IMG/VR virus record: IMGVR_UViG_3300042988_001343
Location: 1-64,000 of that record
Strand: one strand, 5' to 3'
Length of the DNA: 64,000 nucleotides
DNA from: a virus
Position numbers and translations under genes: made by a program. This document shows positions 16,832 through 26,086 of this stretch, piece after piece. The notes below the pieces were generated by a model. It did not search any database and was not told the DNA's origin. It was given only the letters and a program-made list of their open reading frames with translations. Position 1 is the stretch's first letter; each line of letters starts with the position of its first letter.

Positions 16832-18265
16832 ATGAATCCGATCGTGAAGTCTATCCGTAATTTTACTTCTACCGCTAATGGTGCACCAACACTGAAGTCT
16901 ACAGGTTCATCCTGTGTTGACTTATTCAGCAAGGTTGGTTCTGCTCGTCAAGTAAATGAAAATGACATTGTCAATATGTTCTACAATGCAGCAATGGAAG
17001 ATATTGATGTAGCTACTCGCATTATGTTGTGGGCCCGAGATTGTCGTGGTGGTGCTGGCGAGCGTCGTGCATACCGTATCATGCTCAAGGAATTTGAAAC
17101 TTGGTGTATGGCAAATACAAACGGTATGGAAGTAATGCAGACTGTCGTTAACAAGACTGTAGAACTTGGTCGTTGGGACGATCTATTTGTACTTGATTCA
17201 TTCTTTGAGTTGGTTATCCAAAAGATTGCTGCTCAAATCAACACTGGTGACATTGGTCTACTTGCTAAGTGGCTTCCTCGTGAAAAGTCAGCCAACAAGG
17301 CTGTTGCATTCCGATTGATGAAGGGTCTTGGTATGACTCCTAAGCAGTACCGCAAATTCTGCTCTGGTGTTATCACAACTGAAACTCTGATGTGTGCTAA
17401 GAAGTGGGAAGATATCAATCTGTCTCACGTACCATCAGTTGCTTCAGCTCGGTACCAAAAGGCTTTCGAGAAGCAGCACCCAGGTTACTATGATTGGAAG
17501 TCTGGTTTGGAGTCTGGTGTTACTAAGGTTAATGTCTCAGTATCTTATCCTTATGATGTATACCGCACATTCAAGTCTGATGCTAGCCGAGAAGTAATTA
17601 ATGCTCAGTGGGATGCACTACCAAATTACATCAAGGAGGGTGTTTCAATTCTTCCAGTTGTTGATGTTTCTGGTTCAATGTCATGCCAAGCTAGTGGTGG
17701 TCTATCTTGTATGGATATCTCCATCTCTCTAGGTGCATACATTGCAAGTAAGAATACTGGTCCATTCGCTAAGGGTATGATTACCTTCCACGAAAATCCA
17801 ACCTTCTACTTCATGAAGTATGGCATCTATGATGAGTTTTCAAACATCAAGAATCTTCCATGGGGTGGTTCTACTAACTTTGAAGCAACATACAAGTTGA
17901 TTCTGAAGCATGCAAAGAGTGTAAATGCTTCACAAGAAGATATGCCAAAGTACTTGATTGTCTTGAGCGACATGCAGTTCAATATGGCCGAGGGTCGATA
18001 TGGACATGGTCATACAAACTTCGAAGCTATGGAAAAGACATTTGCAGAGGCAGGTTACAAGATGCCACAGATGATCTTCTGGAATTTGAATGCTGCTTAT
18101 GGTCGTGATGCTCAAGTAGGAGCAAATCAACCTGGTGTAAGCATGGTTTCTGGTTTCTCTCCTTCTATCCTGAAGGTTGTTCTATCAGGTGAAGAGTATA
18201 CTCCTATCCGTGCAATGATGGATACTGTTATGGTAGATCGTTACAAAGTTCTAGAAACAGATTGA
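16832..18265 (+). CDS. von Willebrand factor A-domain protein (DUF2828-like)
   Basis: MIDAS motif VVDVSGSMS and LIVLSDMQF in C-terminal half. Confidence 0.55.
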   Translation: MNPIVKSIRNFTSTANGAPTLKSTGSSCVDLFSKVGSARQVNENDIVNMFYNAAMEDIDVATRIMLWARDCRGGAGERRAYRIMLKEFETWCMANTNGMEVMQTVVNKTVELGRWDDLFVLDSFFELVIQKIAAQINTGDIGLLAKWLPREKSANKAVAFRLMKGLGMTPKQYRKFCSGVITTETLMCAKKWEDINLSHVPSVASARYQKAFEKQHPGYYDWKSGLESGVTKVNVSVSYPYDVYRTFKSDASREVINAQWDALPNYIKEGVSILPVVDVSGSMSCQASGGLSCMDISISLGAYIASKNTGPFAKGMITFHENPTFYFMKYGIYDEFSNIKNLPWGGSTNFEATYKLILKHAKSVNASQEDMPKYLIVLSDMQFNMAEGRYGHGHTNFEAMEKTFAEAGYKMPQMIFWNLNAAYGRDAQVGANQPGVSMVSGFSPSILKVVLSGEEYTPIRAMMDTVMVDRYKVLETD

Positions 18266-18321
18266 CATATATTCTCCGATCAATTATAATGTACTCATAG
18301 ATGATTGATCGGAGAAACAAA
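18262..18321 (+). promoter_or_regulatory. PeSL-like early promoter, perfect 13-bp inverted repeat
   Basis: TTGACA 18262-18267, TATAAT 18285-18290; ttctccgatcaat/attgatcggagaa. Confidence 0.7.
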
Positions 18322-18495
18322 ATGTTGACTAAGCGCCAAATCGAAGATTTACAATATTCTGATGAGTATGCAGAATATATCATGGAAAATGCTGGTGGTG
18401 ATCGTATTATCTGTAACGGTAACACACTTATTGCGGCAATGGAAGATGGTTATCTCTGGAATGAATTTTTGGAATCTATTGGAGAAGAGCAATGA
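18322..18495 (+). CDS. hypothetical protein
   Basis: ATG 18322 after GGAGAAACAAA; 18301 ATG lies inside cassette. Confidence 0.5.
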   Translation: MLTKRQIEDLQYSDEYAEYIMENAGGDRIICNGNTLIAAMEDGYLWNEFLESIGEEQ

Positions 18496-18650
18496 ACTTC
18501 GAAGAAATCATGGTTATGTGTGAACATATTGTATTCTCAGTTTTGCATGAAACTTCAAAAGAGGGTCTTGCAAAGGTATACGATCTGCCTATTACTGATG
18601 ACTTATTTGATCGATGTGTTGCAATTGAAATTGGGAACTTTTACAAGTGA
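18492..18650 (+). CDS. small hypothetical protein
   Basis: 52 aa ATGA-coupled ORF. Confidence 0.3.
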   Translation: MNFEEIMVMCEHIVFSVLHETSKEGLAKVYDLPITDDLFDRCVAIEIGNFYK

Positions 18651-18904
18651 ACTATGTTGAACCAAAGAAAGTAAAACTTAAAGTACCTAAGGAGAGTCGG
18701 GATGAGTTATTTTTCCGACTCTCTGTAAAGGGATTTAAGCGAATTGCCGACAAACTTGAACTCCTATGGGGATCAGCACAAATTGATGATTATTTTGTAC
18801 AACTTATCATTGACTACCGTGGGGATCGGGAAGGTTTTCCAAAGGATGTTTTGAGTATTGTATTACAGCTGTTTATCCTACACAATGAAAGTAACCATGA
18901 ATAA
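18647..18904 (+). CDS. hypothetical protein
   Basis: 85 aa ORF. Confidence 0.5.
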   Translation: MNYVEPKKVKLKVPKESRDELFFRLSVKGFKRIADKLELLWGSAQIDDYFVQLIIDYRGDREGFPKDVLSIVLQLFILHNESNHE

Positions 18905-19103
18905 CTCTCCTGAGATTGGTGACATATTCTCTACTGATATCTGTTTCAAGTACTCTTGGAAAGGAGTTGGTGCAGAATGGATCCGACTCAAACAGGTAGA
19001 AAGTGATAAATTTACCCTTAAAGGTAAGTTAACAAAAGATCAGCTTCGTGTTATCCTTGAGGAATATGTTGAGCGTGTACTTGATATGGTTGAAGTAAAG
19101 TGA
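18897..19103 (+). CDS. hypothetical protein
   Basis: ORF, ATGA coupling. Confidence 0.4.
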   Translation: MNNSPEIGDIFSTDICFKYSWKGVGAEWIRLKQVESDKFTLKGKLTKDQLRVILEEYVERVLDMVEVK

Positions 19104-19429
19104 TATCCAATGGTGTTGATGAACTTTTGATTACAACAGCAGAAGAATGTGCTGAAGTAACTCAAGTCATCAGTAAGATACTTCGGTTTGGTATAGATGA
19201 TACTCACCCTGTACGAGAAAAGACAAACAGGGAAGAACTTGAGGTTGAGATTGGTGACCTCATGTCAATGATTGATTTGTTGGCTGAAGCAGGAATCATC
19301 GATGTTGCAAAGGTACATAATGCTAAACTCATGAAGAGGATTAAATTTAATGAGTGGCGAAAGTATCAGACTGATAGGGCTAAAGTACTTCCGTGGTTGG
19401 GTAAACCAGTAAGTCACTGGGCACAATGA
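19100..19429 (+). CDS. hypothetical protein
   Basis: 109 aa ORF. Confidence 0.5.
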   Translation: MISNGVDELLITTAEECAEVTQVISKILRFGIDDTHPVREKTNREELEVEIGDLMSMIDLLAEAGIIDVAKVHNAKLMKRIKFNEWRKYQTDRAKVLPWLGKPVSHWAQ

Positions 19430-19455
19430 GCACCTTTTGGTGCTTTTTGTTTGTC
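19428..19455 (+). terminator. rho-independent terminator
   Basis: agcaccttttggtgct hairpin + ttttgtttg. Confidence 0.6.
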
Positions 19456-19461
19456 CATGTG

Positions 19462-19525
19462 TTGACAATTATTTCTCCTTGAGTTATAATGAACTCAATC
19501 GATCAAACACTGAAGGAGAAATAAC
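19462..19525 (+). promoter_or_regulatory. PeSL-like early promoter
   Basis: TTGACA 19462-19467, TATAAT 19485-19490, GAACTCAATCGATCAAACA. Confidence 0.65.
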
Positions 19526-19927
19526 ATGGCATGGTTTAATCAAGAAATGAAAGCAGCTCGTGCACCTTCCATCAAAAGCATTGCTAAGAAGTACGGTGTA
19601 AAGGTTTCACTTGGTGTTAATAACCACTCCACTTTCGTGATCAACATCAAGTCCGGTTCTATTGACTTCATCAAAAATTACAACGAAACTGTTGCTCTTG
19701 CATATGATGACCATCGCCGCGCTGAAGGCTCACTTCGTGTTAATGAATATTGGTACCATGAACACTTTACCGGCAAAGCTAAAGCATTCCTCAAAGAATT
19801 GATGGAAGCAGCAAATGTCGGTAACCATGACAACAGTGATCCTCAGACCGACTATTTTGATGTTGGTTTCTATACTTCCATTAATGTTGGTCAGTGGGAC
19901 AAGCCTTATGTATACGAAGCTAAGTAA
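19526..19927 (+). CDS. hypothetical protein
   Basis: 133 aa ORF. Confidence 0.55.
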   Translation: MAWFNQEMKAARAPSIKSIAKKYGVKVSLGVNNHSTFVINIKSGSIDFIKNYNETVALAYDDHRRAEGSLRVNEYWYHEHFTGKAKAFLKELMEAANVGNHDNSDPQTDYFDVGFYTSINVGQWDKPYVYEAK

Positions 19928-20183
19928 GTTAGAAGACTGGAGTTCGGTAAGATACGAACTCTGGTCTAAAACCTGGGATGCTCTACCGATAAATTCAAGG
20001 TATATTAAAGACCTATCCGCAATATTTGCAAACTTTGATACCATGGTAAAAGAAGTATCCCAGACAATTCCTGAAGTAAATCGTACAAAGAATAAACGAT
20101 TGTACGAAGAGAAGTTGGAAAAGTTGAACCAATCACTGAAGGACTGGGAAGAACAATTGCTGATTCTTGCATTGGGACTATAG
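19908..20183 (+). CDS. hypothetical protein
   Basis: ORF; start uncertain. Confidence 0.35.
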   Translation: MYTKLSKLEDWSSVRYELWSKTWDALPINSRYIKDLSAIFANFDTMVKEVSQTIPEVNRTKNKRLYEEKLEKLNQSLKDWEEQLLILALGL

Positions 20184-20184
20184 T

Positions 20185-20913
20185 ATGTTACTTATTACAA
20201 ATTTCAAAGATTACTACGATCACATGGCATCCTATGGTGTGGATAAGACTATTCCATATCGTAGGTTGGCTAATACAATAAACCACTGGGAAAATCGATA
20301 CTTTAACCTGGCAGTTAAGTGCGAGGAAAAGATCAATCCAAACTGGATGACTTACAATTACTATGAAAGTAAGCGACACAATCCTGCTCATGAAGCAAGA
20401 CTTGGGGTAAAAGGAATCGATGCAGTTCATGCCGGCTGGTTTGGCTTTTGTGGAAAGATTTATCCAGTAAATGTTGTTACTTTTATTCCAACTAGCACTA
20501 ATACTGATTTGGTTATATTTGCTGGTACTAAATTGGCAGACATGTTTATTGATTCACCCGATATCCCAAAGAAGGGATATCGTAAGTGGAGATATATCAA
20601 TGCTGGACTTCAAGAGAGATATAACCACGATGGGTGTTTTGCTGAAAACAAAGTTATTCAAGACGAAGCTCCATTTGGTACTCTACAAACTCCCTACTTT
20701 TTAAGTTGCGGTGGTAATATATGGAAGAACTTCCCCCTACGCAATACTGACTTTCCAAAGGTTATGCATGCTCAAGATGTATGGCAACAGTTACAGTTTT
20801 TCCTTACAAATACTCTTCGTATCAATGATCGACCAATGCTTGAAGTAGAAGAAAAGTACAAGATTATTGGTGCTGGGTTTGATCTTAAAACTTCATTTAG
20901 GCATCCAGTATGA
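20185..20913 (+). CDS. hypothetical protein
   Basis: 242 aa ORF. Confidence 0.55.
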   Translation: MLLITNFKDYYDHMASYGVDKTIPYRRLANTINHWENRYFNLAVKCEEKINPNWMTYNYYESKRHNPAHEARLGVKGIDAVHAGWFGFCGKIYPVNVVTFIPTSTNTDLVIFAGTKLADMFIDSPDIPKKGYRKWRYINAGLQERYNHDGCFAENKVIQDEAPFGTLQTPYFLSCGGNIWKNFPLRNTDFPKVMHAQDVWQQLQFFLTNTLRINDRPMLEVEEKYKIIGAGFDLKTSFRHPV

Positions 20914-21182
20914 TAAGCAATACGTTTTATGTTGAATCAGCAAGTGAAGGTAATGTTATGAGGACTGTTAATAAACTCATAACTCTACTTGAGACTGGCG
21001 CTTATGGAAAAGGAAAGTTGTGGGAAAGTCCACCAACTAAAAGACCTAACATTTCAAAATACCAATGGTGGGTAGAATATGACTGTATAGAGGATGAGGA
21101 TGCAGATGAGTTTAGTGTCCAAGAATATACTTTCTACTTTAAGGATGAGCAGACATGGCTGTTGCTAAACCTATCACTTTGA
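20910..21182 (+). CDS. hypothetical protein
   Basis: 90 aa ORF. Confidence 0.45.
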   Translation: MISNTFYVESASEGNVMRTVNKLITLLETGAYGKGKLWESPPTKRPNISKYQWWVEYDCIEDEDADEFSVQEYTFYFKDEQTWLLLNLSL

Positions 21183-21409
21183 AACTTTACCTGCATAAAT
21201 TATCTGGTAATGACTATGACAATAGAATTGAATCATTACAACAGCTAAAGTCTATGTTTAAAGTATCAGAAAAGTACCCACCGGAGTTTTATATGAATTC
21301 TCCTTATGACATTTGGATTACTGGCTGGGTACCATTAAGGATAGCATGTAAGACTAAAGAAATTGCATTAATGGTAGGAATGATTATTCCTGGCGTAGAA
21401 ATCGATTGA
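21155..21409 (+). CDS. hypothetical protein
   Basis: 84 aa ORF. Confidence 0.45.
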   Translation: MAVAKPITLKLYLHKLSGNDYDNRIESLQQLKSMFKVSEKYPPEFYMNSPYDIWITGWVPLRIACKTKEIALMVGMIIPGVEID

Positions 21410-21463
21410 CATAAACAAGTACATCTGTTATAATTACTATAAATCAAATAAAGAGGAATAATC
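21406..21463 (+). promoter_or_regulatory. sigma70-type early promoter driving a ligase 5' fragment
   Basis: TTGACA 21406-21411, 17 nt, TATAAT 21429-21434. Confidence 0.55.
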
Positions 21464-21517
21464 ATGAGTATCCTAGACATCATCAAAGAACTTCGTGCCG
21501 ACAACAGTCGACTTTAG
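21464..21517 (+). pseudogene. duplicated, diverged 5' fragment of the DNA ligase gene (17 codons)
   Basis: MSILDIIKELRADNSRL vs ligase N-term MHILKILNELAATSSRND. Confidence 0.55.
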
Positions 21518-22224
21518 ATTTTATTTTTACACTTATTTCCATGATGTCTAGAATAATTACCTGGGCTTAACCATTTATTACAATGCTCACATGTTTTATA
21601 ATTCTTAATTTTCCATTCTTCTGAATGTTGTATTTGTGATATTTTTGTGGCCATTTCTTTCCCAGTTGTATTTTTCCAATCTTCATCATTTATTGTTTTA
21701 TTTCTCTTTTCTGTTTTCACTTTCATATTTTGTTCATATTCTTTTGAATTTAATGTCTTAGATAAAGATTCGGAAATATTATTAGCTCGAATTTTCCCAG
21801 TTGTATTTTTCCAATCTTCATCATTTATTGTTTTATTTCTCTTTTCTGTATTGTTGTATGTTGATATCCCATGTCTTAGTAATTTAGTCTCTTTTGTTTT
21901 AATTACTGACTCTATGGTTGGTTTGAATTTTTGTTTATTATAATAGCAAACTGAATTTATTAATAATTCATTATACCAATGTTCATTAATGAGCTGTTGT
22001 TCAAAATCATAAGCATCATCACCACATAAAAATTCTGCTATTATTTCCCAATAAAAGTCATCAAAGGTTGGATTTACTACTTTTGATGAAGTTTTATATC
22101 TTGGTAAATCGATATTTGATGGTTGAGTATTTGCTTCCCTATATCCAATGTAAAAATGCCCAGTCTCTTTATGTGTGCAAATATAAACATATGGAAATGC
22201 TTTATCCGATGAATAAATATTCAT
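21514..22224 (-). CDS. GIY-YIG homing endonuclease with internal 45-aa tandem duplication
   Basis: YVYICTHKETGHFYIGY GIY-YIG motif; KRNKTINDEDWKNTTGK repeated. Confidence 0.7.
   Translation of the reverse strand: MNIYSSDKAFPYVYICTHKETGHFYIGYREANTQPSNIDLPRYKTSSKVVNPTFDDFYWEIIAEFLCGDDAYDFEQQLINEHWYNELLINSVCYYNKQKFKPTIESVIKTKETKLLRHGISTYNNTEKRNKTINDEDWKNTTGKIRANNISESLSKTLNSKEYEQNMKVKTEKRNKTINDEDWKNTTGKEMATKISQIQHSEEWKIKNYKTCEHCNKWLSPGNYSRHHGNKCKNKI
21657..21852. repeat. tandem direct repeat (~58-nt near-identical core, 135-nt period) inside the GIY-YIG gene
   Basis: ttcccagttgtatttttccaatcttcatcatttattgttttatttctcttttctgt occurs at ~21657 and ~21792. Confidence 0.7.
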
Positions 22225-22313
22225 GCTGGTTTTCTCCTGTAAGTAATCGAACTAGAACCCATGGATATTGGCGTATCGCGATGGGTAAATTTAAACTCAA
22301 TGCTAAATTTCAT

Positions 22314-22367
22314 TGACATTTAATAACTATATTTATATAATTGATGATTATTGATAGGAGATTTATT
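22314..22367 (+). promoter_or_regulatory. sigma70-type early promoter
   Basis: TTGACA 22314-22319, 16 nt, TATAAT 22336-22341. Confidence 0.55.
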
Positions 22368-23648
22368 ATGCACATATTAAAAATATTGAACGAGCTGGCA
22401 GCAACAAGTTCAAGAAATGATAAAATTAATATCCTGAAACGTGAAGTTGACAATGAAGTCCTCAAACAGGTCTTTTTTACAACACTGAACCCATATTCCC
22501 AATTCTATCTGCGCCAGATTCCTGGTTATGGAATTGAGACAAAGCCAATCATGTCACTGACTGAGGCCATTGATAAACTGTCAAAAATTTCCAATCGTGA
22601 AGTTACTGGACATGCAGCCATTGATTACTTGAGCAATATTCTTTCCAGTGTCAAACGTGAAGATGCTGCAGTGATCGAACTGATCATTAAGCGGGACCTC
22701 GATGTTGGTGCTCAGACGAACACAGTCAATAAAATCTGGCCAGGGTTGATTCCAACCTTTGAAGTCATGCTCTGTAGTAAAGATATGGACTACATTGTTT
22801 ATCCTGCACTAGCTGAACTGAAGTGTGATGGTGCTCGTTGTCACCTTAACTGGGACGGTACAAAGGCTACCGCAATGAGTCGTTCTGGTAAAGAATTCCA
22901 ACTCTTGGGTGCTCTGGATCATACTGCATCACTATTCATGGAACCAGGTCAGACTTGGGATGGTGAACTCCTTGTTGTCAATGATGATCTGAGTATTGCA
23001 GACCGCAGTACTGGTAATGGTATCCTGAATAAGGCCAATAAGGGAACTATCTCTAAAGACGAAGCTGCTCGTATCATCTTCTGTCCGTGGGATATTGTTG
23101 ATCAAACTGGCACAATCGATCTAATCGACCGTCACAATAAAATTAAAGCTGCATTTGAGTTGGTTGGATCCTTCTCACCGATGCTTCGCTTCCGTCAAGT
23201 AGAATCTCGGATTGTTAATTCAGCAGAAGAAGCACAAGAATTCTTTGCTGAGATGTTGGCAAAGAAAGAAGAAGGTGCCATCATCAAAAATCTAAAGTCC
23301 AAGTGGGTTCCTAAGCGTAGCAAGGATTTGGTGAAACTCAAGGCAGAAGAAGTAGCTGATCTGGTAGTTGTAGATTGGGCTGAAGGTACTGGAAAATATA
23401 CTGGTATGATGGGAGCCTTGGTTTGCCAAACATCAGATGGTCTGCTTGAAGTCTCTGTTGGTTCTGGATTTACTGATGAACAGCGCAAGACTCTAAAGAA
23501 AGATGATGTCGTTGGTCGTGTACTAGAAGTAATGTACAATGCGGTTATTCAGAGCAAAGGTCGTGATGTAAAGAGCCTGTTCCTTCCACGTGCTCTAGAA
23601 TTCCGATTCGACAAGGATGTTGCCAACACACTGGATGAACTTAAATAA
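22368..23648 (+). CDS. 30: ATP-dependent DNA ligase (T4 gp30-like)
   Basis: AELKCDGARC KxDG adenylation motif; ~426 aa. Confidence 0.8.
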   Translation: MHILKILNELAATSSRNDKINILKREVDNEVLKQVFFTTLNPYSQFYLRQIPGYGIETKPIMSLTEAIDKLSKISNREVTGHAAIDYLSNILSSVKREDAAVIELIIKRDLDVGAQTNTVNKIWPGLIPTFEVMLCSKDMDYIVYPALAELKCDGARCHLNWDGTKATAMSRSGKEFQLLGALDHTASLFMEPGQTWDGELLVVNDDLSIADRSTGNGILNKANKGTISKDEAARIIFCPWDIVDQTGTIDLIDRHNKIKAAFELVGSFSPMLRFRQVESRIVNSAEEAQEFFAEMLAKKEEGAIIKNLKSKWVPKRSKDLVKLKAEEVADLVVVDWAEGTGKYTGMMGALVCQTSDGLLEVSVGSGFTDEQRKTLKKDDVVGRVLEVMYNAVIQSKGRDVKSLFLPRALEFRFDKDVANTLDELK

Positions 23649-23674
23649 GTATTTGCATCCAACTAGGAAATTGT

Positions 23675-24454
23675 ATGAAACTGCGTATTATGTCGGACCT
23701 CCACTTGGAACATTATCGTGGAGTCCTTCCATTTCAATTTGAGGAAGAAAAAGATACCATTCTAGTATTGGCTGGTGATATATGTCCTTTCAGACTCGAT
23801 AGTATGTTATTCGATTTCCTAGAAATGGTTTCTCCTCTTTACTTCAAAGTATTAATTGTAGCAGGTAACCATGAGTACTACGGTTCATTCATGTCTGAGT
23901 TGGAGTCCATTAAAAAGACAGTAAAAGAAAATAAGCTGGATAATGTATACTACTTAGAAAACGAATGTCTACAAGTTGGTGACATTACTTTCTGTGGTGC
24001 TACTCTGTGGACTGACTTTGATAAAGGATCCCCTACTGCAATGATTGATGTTGAGTATGGACTCAACGATTTTAGACTTATTCGTATGTCAAGGGATAAT
24101 CCACGATTGTTAAAAGCAGAAGATACTTATGAGTTTCATAAAAAGTCCATTGCTTTTATGCATCATGTAACAGCACATCGGAAACCTACTGGTAAGGTTG
24201 TGTGGATTGTCCACCATGGAGTTAGTTACCAATCTGTTGCTCCGATGTTTGTTGGGAGTAATATAAATTGTGGATTTGTTTCAGAGCTTGGTTGGGACCT
24301 TACTGAAATGTCCGCAACACCAGATTTAATTATTCATGGACATGTCCATAATCATAATGACTACATGATTGGTGAAACTCGAGTTATCTCTAACCCACTA
24401 GGTTATCCACGAGAGAATGCATGCTTTGTGGTTGACAAATATGTGGAACTCTGA
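23675..24454 (+). CDS. calcineurin-like metallophosphoesterase
   Basis: IMSDLHLE...LVLAGDI...AGNHEY motifs. Confidence 0.65.
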   Translation: MKLRIMSDLHLEHYRGVLPFQFEEEKDTILVLAGDICPFRLDSMLFDFLEMVSPLYFKVLIVAGNHEYYGSFMSELESIKKTVKENKLDNVYYLENECLQVGDITFCGATLWTDFDKGSPTAMIDVEYGLNDFRLIRMSRDNPRLLKAEDTYEFHKKSIAFMHHVTAHRKPTGKVVWIVHHGVSYQSVAPMFVGSNINCGFVSELGWDLTEMSATPDLIIHGHVHNHNDYMIGETRVISNPLGYPRENACFVVDKYVEL

Positions 24455-24487
24455 TATTATGTAAGAAATAAACAAAAGGATTTAAAC

Positions 24488-24535
24488 ATGCTTTACTTTA
24501 CAAGTGATCTCCATTTCAGCCATATCATTAGATAA
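24488..24535 (+). pseudogene. duplicated 5' fragment (15 codons) of the downstream metallophosphoesterase gene
   Basis: MLYFTSDLHFSHIIR* vs MIYFTSDLHF... at 25489. Confidence 0.55.
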
Positions 24536-24583
24536 ACAACAAAAGTATTAAATATCTGGTAACATGATATAAATGGAGGTCAC

Positions 24584-25492
24584 ATGCCAGATAGATTAGA
24601 AAGACATACATTGCAATGTAAATGTTGCAATAAAGATATAATATGTAGAATTACTGAATTTAAAAAGTTTTGTTCTAGGAAATGCAAAAATGACTTTTCT
24701 AGAGGAAAAACTTTTGAAGAATTATATGGCGAGGAAGAAGCAATAAGAAGAAAATTATTGATGTCCGAAAATGCAAAAGGAGAAAATAATCCAAATTACA
24801 ATAATCCTTGGTCAGATGAACAGAGAAAAAATCAATCTGATATTATGCATAAAAGATATGAGGATCCTGAAGCAAGATATAGAGCAGGCACCTCAAATAG
24901 AGGCAAGAAATTCAGCAAAGAGAGAATAGAAAAGATGCATGGTCATAGGACTTTTGAGTCTTATAGTAGACCCATGCCTAATTATGCAAAAATAATAATC
25001 GGGGAAAAATCAAGTGCTAAATGGACTCCAGAATTCACCGCCGATTTTAGAAAAACTATGGAATCTAAAGGACATTGGATTCCTCTAGAAAATAAAACTG
25101 AGTATGACATATATGGTGCTGCCGGCAATTGGGTAGATAGGATGTGGGATCAACCAATCAAAGGTACTGGACTTATAGAAGAATATGGAATTTTTAATTC
25201 TATTTCAAACTCAAAAGGAGTTGTTAGGGATCACATCTTTAATCGCAGAGATGGATTAGCCATGGGAGTTTTCCCAGAGATCCTCAGACACCCAGCAAAC
25301 TGTCAAATAATTACTCACGCCGACAATGTAAAAAAGAGAAGTAACAGTGAAAAAACTCTTGACAGATTATTGCAAGATATATTAGAATGGAAATATGAAT
25401 GGTTCGAACAATCTCTAGCAGTAGAGAAAGTTAATATGTACCTAAACGGCTTTAGATGGATTAACGAATTTAGAAAGGAGGAATCTGAATGA
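24584..25492 (+). CDS. HNH homing endonuclease
   Basis: C-terminal RDHIFNRRDG...HPANCQIITHADNVKK HNH-like; N-terminal Cys cluster; possible late-type TATAAATG at ~24563. Confidence 0.55.
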   Translation: MPDRLERHTLQCKCCNKDIICRITEFKKFCSRKCKNDFSRGKTFEELYGEEEAIRRKLLMSENAKGENNPNYNNPWSDEQRKNQSDIMHKRYEDPEARYRAGTSNRGKKFSKERIEKMHGHRTFESYSRPMPNYAKIIIGEKSSAKWTPEFTADFRKTMESKGHWIPLENKTEYDIYGAAGNWVDRMWDQPIKGTGLIEEYGIFNSISNSKGVVRDHIFNRRDGLAMGVFPEILRHPANCQIITHADNVKKRSNSEKTLDRLLQDILEWKYEWFEQSLAVEKVNMYLNGFRWINEFRKEESE

Positions 25493-26086
25493 TTTATTTT
25501 ACTTCAGATTTGCATTTTCTCGCACACTAATATCATCAAGTACTCTCCTGGAACCCGCGGTGGTTTCACTGATGTAGCTGAGATGAATGAAACCATCATC
25601 CAGAATTGGAATGCTACGGTTGGTGTAGAAGATGAAGTTTGGATCCTTGGTGATGTGTCCTTCGATAAGCGTGGAGAACAAGTTCGGGATCATATTTCTA
25701 GACTTAAGGGTAAGAAATTTCTTGTCCTTGGTAACCATGATCATGTAATTAAGAAGCATGCTCTTGATCTCTTCGAGGAAGTATATGACTATCGAAAGCT
25801 CTATTATCAAGACAAGAACCACCCAAAAGGTCGATGGGAATTTATCCTCTGTCACTATCCTATCATTTCTTGGGACATGCGGCACCACGGATCAATTCAC
25901 TGTCATGGTCATTGCCATGGTACTTTGAAACTTCCAGCTGGTATGCAGACAAATATGTTCGATGTTGGAGTTGATAATGTAGAGTGGAATTTTGCACCTG
26001 TATCAGCAGAAGAACTTATCTCTCGTTGGGTTAACATCAAGTATATGAAATCACAAGACCATCATGATGTACGGGATCCAAGATGA
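25489..26086 (+). CDS. metallophosphoesterase, apparent +1 frameshift after codon 10 in a T-run (possible pseudogene or sequencing error)
   Basis: MIYFTSDLHF (frame 1) continues as SHTNIIKYSPGTRGGFTDVAEMNETIIQ...GDVSFD...GNHDH in frame 2 (ORF 25583-26086). Confidence 0.55.

Noticed and set aside
24584-25492. Possible group I intron carrying the HNH gene inside the phosphoesterase gene
   Set aside because: The upstream fragment terminates in a stop and the downstream copy restarts at its own ATG with a duplicated N-terminus. This fits free-standing endonuclease insertion rather than a spliced intron. No conserved intron P/Q/R/S elements were seen.
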